64,000 nucleotides of DNA from positions 1,295 through 65,294 of the forward strand of contig CALKOP010000062.1 in the NCBI GenBank assembly GCA_938091155.1, written 5' to 3'. Positions 57,935 to 64,000 of the stretch are shown one piece after another (positions within the stretch are counted from its first letter, which is position 1; every line of letters begins with the position of its first letter). The notes under the pieces are model-generated. The model saw nothing but the letters and a program-made list of their open reading frames with translations, had not been told where the DNA came from and ran no database searches. The position numbers and the translations under genes are program-made. Source of the stretch: an uncultured Flavobacteriales bacterium. Its GTDB lineage: Bacteria; Bacteroidota; Bacteroidia; Flavobacteriales_G; Salibacteraceae.

Positions 57935-58597
57935 ATGACACATTTAAACTCCATACCAACAGACTCAGCCTTCATCGTATTTCTGATTATCTTTTTTCTG
58001 ATTGGATTGGTACGTCAATTAGAAGGCAGTCGATTTACCATATTCGTGCGCTCCTTCACCAACATAAATCTGGTTGAGCAGCAACTGAGGCAAGAACGGG
58101 CATTTTCTCGACTGGCAATATTGCTCTTCCTCTTAGTTATGACTGTTCTTGCAGCTTTCATAGCTTCATTTTTCCACCATATAGATTTGTTTCTGGATTT
58201 TAGCTTCATTGGATTGTTCACTGCTTTGCTTATATCTTTGATAATTATTACCACCGCTCGGGTAGCGATTTACTCTCTGCTGGCCTGGGTCTTTAACTTG
58301 GAAATACTCCAGCAGCATCACACTTTTCACTGGTTACTCACGAATGTTATCCTGTGCGCAATTATTCTTCCATTGACCATTGCGGGGGTCTTTGGTCCAT
58401 CAACTACTCAGGCTTTCTTTCTGAATGCTGGGTTATGGACGCTAATCGTGTTCTATCTAATTCGCGTTCTGAGAATTGGCTACATCTCTTCGACCACTTT
58501 TCGAGTGCCTGTCGCTTATAATTTTCTATACATTTGCGCGCTCGAAATTTTACCGTTGTTGGTGACGGCTGCGGTAATTTCGAGGCAAATCGGATAG
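57935..58597 (+). CDS. DUF4271 membrane protein
   Basis: 220 aa and polytopic. It sits upstream of the hemD-like gene, as is usual in Bacteroidota. Confidence 0.6.
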   Translation: MTHLNSIPTDSAFIVFLIIFFLIGLVRQLEGSRFTIFVRSFTNINLVEQQLRQERAFSRLAILLFLLVMTVLAAFIASFFHHIDLFLDFSFIGLFTALLISLIIITTARVAIYSLLAWVFNLEILQQHHTFHWLLTNVILCAIILPLTIAGVFGPSTTQAFFLNAGLWTLIVFYLIRVLRIGYISSTTFRVPVAYNFLYICALEILPLLVTAAVISRQIG

Positions 58598-58612
58598 ATA
58601 AAAAACGAGCAT

Positions 58613-59380
58613 ATGAGCGGCACAGCCATAGAGAAGAAAAAAATCAAGACTATTCTGATTAGCCAGCCCAAGCCTGAGGGTGAAAAATCACCTTATGCAG
58701 ACTTGGCTAAGAAGCATAAAGTCAAAATTGATTTCAGACCATTTATACATGTTGAAGGTCTAAGTCCTCAAGAGTGGAGACAACAGCGAATTCAAATACT
58801 CGAGAATACCTGCATAATTTTTACCTCAAGAAATGCTGTAGATCATTTTTTTAGAATCTGTGGCGAGACACGTGTACCTGTGCCTGAATCCATGAAATAT
58901 TTCTGTATGTCAGAGGCAATCGCATACTACCTGCAAAAGTATGTGGTATATCGGAAAAGAAAGATTTTCGTGGGAGAACGTATGTTCTCTGATATGATTC
59001 CTTTATTCAAAAAGCATAGCGCTGAACGATTCTTATTACCTAGTGCCGACCAAATAAAGGGCGATATTCTTAAAACCCTTGATGTCTTAGAAGTTCGTTA
59101 CACACGTGGTATTTTTTACCGCACTGTAATTAGTGATTTAAGCGATTTGAAAGAGGTGAAATATGACATGCTTGTGTTCTTTAGTCCCAGTGGAATCAAG
59201 TCATTATTCCACAACTTCCCTGATTTTGTGCAAGGTGATACTTGCATTGCGGGTTTTGGAGCAACAACACAGTCAGCCATGGTAGATCATAAATTGAGGC
59301 TAGACCTTGCCGCACCAACACCAGAGGCACCATCTATGTCTGCAGCTATCAACTTACACATCAAGCAGCACAATAAGTAG
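58613..59380 (+). CDS. uroporphyrinogen-III synthase (HemD family)
   Basis: 255 aa. ILISQPKPEGEKSPYADLAKKH..IDFRPFIHVEG and VFFSPSGIKSLF match the Bacteroidota HemD-like family. Confidence 0.7.
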   Translation: MSGTAIEKKKIKTILISQPKPEGEKSPYADLAKKHKVKIDFRPFIHVEGLSPQEWRQQRIQILENTCIIFTSRNAVDHFFRICGETRVPVPESMKYFCMSEAIAYYLQKYVVYRKRKIFVGERMFSDMIPLFKKHSAERFLLPSADQIKGDILKTLDVLEVRYTRGIFYRTVISDLSDLKEVKYDMLVFFSPSGIKSLFHNFPDFVQGDTCIAGFGATTQSAMVDHKLRLDLAAPTPEAPSMSAAINLHIKQHNK

Positions 59381-59417
59381 GATTTCCTTCACAGTATTTT
59401 CACCTTTGCCTGAGTGC

Positions 59418-59813
59418 ATGGAGGTAAGAAACCGTTTTCCGAGAACTGAAAGTTTAAAGCAAAAAAGACTCTTCGATCCCTTATTCAAGGGAGGAAAGAG
59501 ATCCTTTCAACATCCGCTAATGTTAATATGGAAAGAAATTGAACTGCCTGAAAATGTGTCGGTTCAGATTGGGTTTTTAGTTCCAAAAAAGCACTTTAAA
59601 CGAGCCGTTGATCGCAATCTGATCAAGCGAAGGTTGCGAGAAGCGTATCGTCTGCAAAAACACGATTTGCATAAAGCCTTACTATCTAAAGACAAACAAA
59701 TCGCGATGCTGGTTGTAGTTGTTAATACCGATAACACTTCTTATGAGGCAACGAGGGATAAAATGATGCTACTTTTACGTTCGGTCGAAGCAAAAATCAA
59801 CGATGTTCAGTAA
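59418..59813 (+). CDS. rnpA: ribonuclease P protein component
   Basis: The internal ATG at 59418 gives [26 protein letters not shown]. The RNR-like block is [16 protein letters not shown]. The longer track ORF would overlap the hemD-like gene. Confidence 0.88.
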   Translation: MEVRNRFPRTESLKQKRLFDPLFKGGKRSFQHPLMLIWKEIELPENVSVQIGFLVPKKHFKRAVDRNLIKRRLREAYRLQKHDLHKALLSKDKQIAMLVVVVNTDNTSYEATRDKMMLLLRSVEAKINDVQ

Positions 59814-60015
59814 GCTTTTTATCTTTCTAATTCGATTCTATCAGGGTGCGATATCGCCCCTATATCCTGCAACATGCAGATATACTCCCACATGTTCTGA
59901 ATATGGAGTAGGCGCAATAAAAAAGCACGGCCCGTGGAAAGGTGGTAAACTGGCTTTGAAACGAATTGGTTCATGTCATCCTTGGGGAGGAAGTGGACTT
60001 GACCCAGTACCATAA
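59803..60015 (+). CDS. yidD: membrane protein insertion efficiency factor YidD
   Basis: 70 aa. [35 protein letters not shown]. Confidence 0.92.
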   Translation: MFSKLFIFLIRFYQGAISPLYPATCRYTPTCSEYGVGAIKKHGPWKGGKLALKRIGSCHPWGGSGLDPVP

Positions 60016-60025
60016 TTATTTGCAG

Positions 60026-61705
60026 ATGAAAAAAAGACAACGCACATGGCTGGCAATAGCCGTAATCACGATTACCTCTTTCGGGTCATTTGGGTTCGTA
60101 GAAAGCTACTTTGAAATTTCCAAAAACCTGGATATTTTCTCCACAGTATACCGCGAAATCAATGTTAATTATGTAGAAGAAACAAACCCAGGAAAACTGG
60201 TTAAAACGGGAATTGACGCTATGTTGGCTTCGCTTGATCCATACACCAACTACATCCCCGAATCAGACATAGAGGATTATCGTTTCATGACAACTCACGA
60301 ATATGGGGGCGTGGGCGCCCTTATTGGCACTAGAGGTGACAATGTGATAATAACCGAACCATATGAAGGCTTCCCAGCCGATAAGGCAGGTCTAAAGGCC
60401 GGTGACATCATTATAAGTGTTGATGGTGAAACCGCTGAAGGTAAAAACACCTCACAGCTCAGCGATATGCTCAGAGGACAGAACGGAACATCAATTGCCG
60501 TAAAGATTAATCGCGAAGCAACGGGTGAAACGCTTGACTTAGACATTGTTCGAGAAAAAATAAAACTAGATGATGTGCCTTATTTCGGCATGTTAGAAGA
60601 AGGTGTTGGGTACATAAGCTTGAATAGTTTTACGCAAACTGCTAGTCAAGACGTGAAGGCCGCATATGTACAATTAAAGGAAGATGGAATGGAAGAGCTA
60701 GTTCTCGATCTAAGAGGCAATGGTGGTGGACTACTGCACGAATCAGTGAACATTGTCAACTTCTTTATTGAAAAAGGGGAAGATGTAGCAGAGGTAAAAG
60801 GAAAAGTGAAGGAACACTATCGTATGAATAAAGCGCTGAACGCACCCCTAGACTTAGAGATTCCATTGGTTGTTTTAATTGATGAGGGATCTGCCTCAGC
60901 CTCTGAAATTGTTTCAGGATCTCTTCAAGACTTGGATAGAGCTGTCATAATTGGTCACAATTCGTATGGAAAAGGGTTGGTGCAAACGACACATAATTTA
61001 AGTTATAACTCCAAACTGAAATTGACTATTGCTAAGTACTACACGCCCAGCGGGCGATGTATCCAACGAATTGACTATGGTGGAAACCGAGATGCAAAAG
61101 GCAAGGCAAAGGAAATTCCAGATTCGTTGGTGGCTGAATTTACTACTCGTAACGGTAGAACCGTGAAAGATGGAATGGGAATAACCCCAGACATTGAGGC
61201 GGAGGATCAAGAATACAGTGACCTGTTAGCCACGCTAATGCGCGAGAATTTAATCTTCGATTTCGCCACTCAATTTTACTTCAGCCATGACTCCATTGCC
61301 CAACCTGAGGATTTCGAATTATCTGCTACACAATACACAGATTTTAAAAACTATGTGATGGGTCATGACTTCGAATACAAGACTAGCAGCGCCGAAATGA
61401 TGAAAGAACTTAAATCGGTCTTAGAAGAGGATGAGTTTTGGACAGAAGTAACATCTGAATATGAGGCATTAGCTGCCAAATTGGAGAGAGACACAGAAAC
61501 CGACATGGTAAAATTTGAGCCAGAAATACGTCTCATGCTAGAAAACGAAATCATCGGTAGATATTATTATTCGAAAGGAAGAATTCGTGCATATTTGAAT
61601 GAAGACCCAGAAATTGCAAAAGCAATTGAAGTCCTAAACAATAAAAGCTACTATGATTCCGTTTTAGACGGCACTTGCACCGACTGCCTTGTGAAGAAAG
61701 GCTAG
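60026..61705 (+). CDS. S41 family C-terminal processing peptidase with PDZ domain
   Basis: The ATG at 60026 gives MKKRQRTWLAIAVITITSF. PDZ block PADKAGLKAGDIIISVDG. The catalytic region is LDLRGNGGGLL...DEGSASASEIVSG...G. Confidence 0.88.
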   Translation: MKKRQRTWLAIAVITITSFGSFGFVESYFEISKNLDIFSTVYREINVNYVEETNPGKLVKTGIDAMLASLDPYTNYIPESDIEDYRFMTTHEYGGVGALIGTRGDNVIITEPYEGFPADKAGLKAGDIIISVDGETAEGKNTSQLSDMLRGQNGTSIAVKINREATGETLDLDIVREKIKLDDVPYFGMLEEGVGYISLNSFTQTASQDVKAAYVQLKEDGMEELVLDLRGNGGGLLHESVNIVNFFIEKGEDVAEVKGKVKEHYRMNKALNAPLDLEIPLVVLIDEGSASASEIVSGSLQDLDRAVIIGHNSYGKGLVQTTHNLSYNSKLKLTIAKYYTPSGRCIQRIDYGGNRDAKGKAKEIPDSLVAEFTTRNGRTVKDGMGITPDIEAEDQEYSDLLATLMRENLIFDFATQFYFSHDSIAQPEDFELSATQYTDFKNYVMGHDFEYKTSSAEMMKELKSVLEEDEFWTEVTSEYEALAAKLERDTETDMVKFEPEIRLMLENEIIGRYYYSKGRIRAYLNEDPEIAKAIEVLNNKSYYDSVLDGTCTDCLVKKG

Positions 61706-61723
61706 GTGTAACTATCCTATCCT

Positions 61724-63313
61724 ATGGCCCTAACCTCTCGCCAACATCGCTGGATATATCTTATTTCTATCGCCCTCATTATGGTTGGGCTACCATTTTC
61801 ACATGCCCTAATTAGCATCGGGGAGCTTCTGTTAGCCCTTAATTTTTTGGTTGAAGGCAGATGGAAAGAAAGATTTATGGTTTTTAAAACTACCAAGTCA
61901 ATCTGGCTCTTTCTAGGCTTGTATCTTATGCACGTTGTTGGGTTACTCTGGACCACCGATATATCATTCGCAATGAATGACTTAAGAATAAAACTTCCAC
62001 TCCTTATTTTTCCTATTATCATCCCTTTGTCTCAACGATTGAGCAGAGAGGAGTTCCTTTGGATAGGCGCCATTTTTTCGGCCGCGGTAATTGCAGCCTC
62101 TTTTGTATCCACCTTTCAGTATTTAGCGCACCATTCAGATCCCGGATTCGACTATAGAACCATAAGCTTATTTACCAGTCACATTCGTTATTCATTAATG
62201 GTGTGTCTCAGCTATATTATTCTACTGAATTGCGCTTGGAATGAAGAAAAACAAACCTGGCTAAGGGTATTATATATCATACTCGCCATATGGATGAGCG
62301 TATTTATGTTTATTCTACAAAGCATGACAGGTATAGTAGTATGGATGCTCTGTAGCTACATGCTTTTGTTTTACACATTATACCACATTAAAAACAGTGT
62401 CCTTCGAATTACCGGAACAACAGTATTGTGGCTCACTCCAGTTTTTATTGTGTTTTACCTCTGGTTTCAAGTAGATGCATTCTATCCAGATAACGACTTA
62501 GACACATCTAAACTCGACATGATCTCTGCGGAGGGTAATTACTATCACCACGATACCAATAACCTTACGCTCGAAAACGGTAATTATATTAACCTCTACG
62601 TTTCGCCCCTTGAGTTAGAAGAAGAATGGGCCAAAGTCAGTGATATAAAATATGTACGCGGAAAGGACGCAAAAGGTCAATACGTATATACCACCTTGAT
62701 TCGATATATGACCAGCCTTAGTTTACGCAAAGACAAAGAGGGCTTTTCTCATCTGTCAAAACGCGATATTAAAGCAATAGAAAGTGGTGTCGCCAATGTT
62801 CGCTTCCTATATGGTAACCCACTAGATAATCGAATATATACCGTAATTTGGGAATTTGACAAATGGCTTCAAGCTAAGCACGTGCAAGGTCACTCAGTAA
62901 CACAACGCTTCGAATTTTGGAGAACGGGCTGGCATATCTTTCGAGAAAACATGGTTATTGGTATTGGTACTGGCGACATGAATATTGAATACAATAAAAT
63001 GTATGACGAACTTGATTCAAAATTGGGCAAGGAATACCGCTTGCGTGCTCACAATCAGTATCTCAATTTCATGATCACTTTTGGATTAATTGGCTTTCTT
63101 TTCTTCTTATTGATCCTTGCCTATCCCTTCTTTGGAAACAATAACGCTAACAGCTTTTTATACATTGGGTTTTGCCTGATTTTGTATACCAGCATGCTTA
63201 ATGAAGATACGCTCGAAACCCAAGTGGGCGTTACGCTCTATGCGTTTTTTAATGCTTTCTTCCTCTACTCCCTATCGGGTTTGTCTCGTGTGGCGCCTAG
63301 AACCAACTCATAA
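61724..63313 (+). CDS. O-antigen ligase/polymerase family (Wzy_C) membrane protein
   Basis: 529 aa and polytopic. The late block GIGTGDM...RAHNQYLNFMITFGLIGF is typical of Wzy_C. Confidence 0.65.
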   Translation: MALTSRQHRWIYLISIALIMVGLPFSHALISIGELLLALNFLVEGRWKERFMVFKTTKSIWLFLGLYLMHVVGLLWTTDISFAMNDLRIKLPLLIFPIIIPLSQRLSREEFLWIGAIFSAAVIAASFVSTFQYLAHHSDPGFDYRTISLFTSHIRYSLMVCLSYIILLNCAWNEEKQTWLRVLYIILAIWMSVFMFILQSMTGIVVWMLCSYMLLFYTLYHIKNSVLRITGTTVLWLTPVFIVFYLWFQVDAFYPDNDLDTSKLDMISAEGNYYHHDTNNLTLENGNYINLYVSPLELEEEWAKVSDIKYVRGKDAKGQYVYTTLIRYMTSLSLRKDKEGFSHLSKRDIKAIESGVANVRFLYGNPLDNRIYTVIWEFDKWLQAKHVQGHSVTQRFEFWRTGWHIFRENMVIGIGTGDMNIEYNKMYDELDSKLGKEYRLRAHNQYLNFMITFGLIGFLFFLLILAYPFFGNNNANSFLYIGFCLILYTSMLNEDTLETQVGVTLYAFFNAFFLYSLSGLSRVAPRTNS

Positions 63314-64000
63314 ACCTCCTTGGTCCTTTTAGCCGTTTCGGTTTTAGCAAATTTCTTTACTGACTCTTTCGCAGCCTCCGCCATCTTAATTCTAAGAGCT
63401 GTGTCATTCACGTAGCGAAGCACTTGTTCGGCTAGCATTTCATCATCCGCTACTTCTGCCGCTAGTCCATTCTCTTCTTGTTGCACCACTTCTATTATAC
63501 CGCCAGCCTTTGTTGCTACAATTGGAACTCCAGCCACCTGTGCGTCTAGTATTGAAGTGCCTAAACCTTCCGTTTCGGAAGTTATTAGGAATATATCTAA
63601 CTGTGGCAGTATGTCTATGATGTCATCTCTAAACCCGAGCAGCGTGATGTGTTTTTCCATGCCGAATTCAGCAATACATTCCTCCACCACTTTACGCGAT
63701 GGCCCATCACCAATGGCTAAAAAATGAACCTTAGCACCACTTTCTATGACACGCTTTGCCGTTCGAATAAAGGTGGCGTAGTCCTTGTGTGGCGCCAGCG
63801 CAGCTACATTTCCAATCAATAAAACATCCGAATCTACGCCCAATTCTTCGCGTAAACTTGGTGGCAAACCTTCACGGTCAAACTTGCTTAAATCAACCCC
63901 GCTATACACCACCTCCAGTTTTGTTGGGTCCCCAATAGACGGCATCATCACGTCCTTTATCGCAGACGACACACACAAAATTTTCGAAATTCTAGGATGA
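63265..64000 (-). CDS. family 4 (GT-B) glycosyltransferase, N-terminus outside the window
   Basis: The frame is open to the window edge. The C-terminal GT4 block is LLIGNVAALAPHKDY...FLITSETEGLGTSILDAQVAGVPIVATKAGG. Confidence 0.8.
   Translation of the reverse strand, partial: HPRISKILCVSSAIKDVMMPSIGDPTKLEVVYSGVDLSKFDREGLPPSLREELGVDSDVLLIGNVAALAPHKDYATFIRTAKRVIESGAKVHFLAIGDGPSRKVVEECIAEFGMEKHITLLGFRDDIIDILPQLDIFLITSETEGLGTSILDAQVAGVPIVATKAGGIIEVVQQEENGLAAEVADDEMLAEQVLRYVNDTALRIKMAEAAKESVKKFAKTETAKRTKEVYELVLGATRDKPDRE

Noticed and set aside
59307-59417. Longer rnpA start (track ORF 59307..59813) overlapping the hemD-like gene by 74 nt.
   Set aside because: The extension (MPHQHQRHHLCLQL…) is unlike RnpA N-termini. 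The internal ATG at 59418 gives the canonical length and sequence.
1-64000. CRISPR arrays, tRNA/rRNA/tmRNA genes, IS elements, integrases, prophage or known defence-system genes.
   Set aside because: By eye I found no regularly spaced direct repeats, no tRNA-like T-arm/acceptor patterns in the few intergenic regions, and no transposase, integrase, RT or nuclease-helicase defence signatures among the ORFs. A proper tRNAscan/Infernal/HMM run could still find small RNAs that I cannot see by eye.

Overview
This 64-kb chromosomal window reads as a Bacteroidota, probably Flavobacteriales-like, genome. Two secreted proteins end in T9SS (Por) C-terminal sorting tails and one carries SprB-type repeats. 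Lineage-typical genes are also present: a GxxExxY protein, DUF3098 after ftsX, DUF4271 next to a hemD-like gene, and a TetR + TolC-MFP-RND efflux unit. There are about 60 tightly packed genes, mostly housekeeping. They include suf Fe-S assembly (A-type carrier, sufB, sufC, sufD, sufS), radA, secA, rplU-rpmA, serS, ftsX, uppP, truB, queA, ispD, rlmN, a polyprenyl synthase, rnpA-yidD, an S41 protease, dsbD, comM/yifB, a CrtD-like/CruF-like carotenoid pair, and O-antigen/glycosyltransferase genes at the right edge. I found no rRNA, tRNA, CRISPR array, transposase, integrase, phage genes or recognisable defence genes, so I cannot name a clear-cut new multi-gene system. The features that stand out most are these. 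(1) Two tandem paralogous ArnT/PMT-like GT-C membrane glycosyltransferases sit inside the suf operon between sufB and sufC, with overlapping or abutting stop/start codons. (2) A third paralog lies in a GT2-PAP2-GT-C operon. (3) A 1.8-kb stretch (17.4-19.2 kb) has no intact gene. It holds a 5'-truncated histidine-kinase remnant with five in-frame stop codons and no frameshift, plus a decayed secreted-protein gene. (4) A GxxExxY gene is bracketed by GC-rich palindromic repeats. (5) A T9SS cargo protein has three exactly 107-residue cysteine-framed N-terminal repeats. (6) Ribosomal protein L21 is fused to a Rho_N/SAP-like C-terminal tail. All functional calls rest on motifs I recognise by eye in the supplied translations. 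No database search or computation was run.
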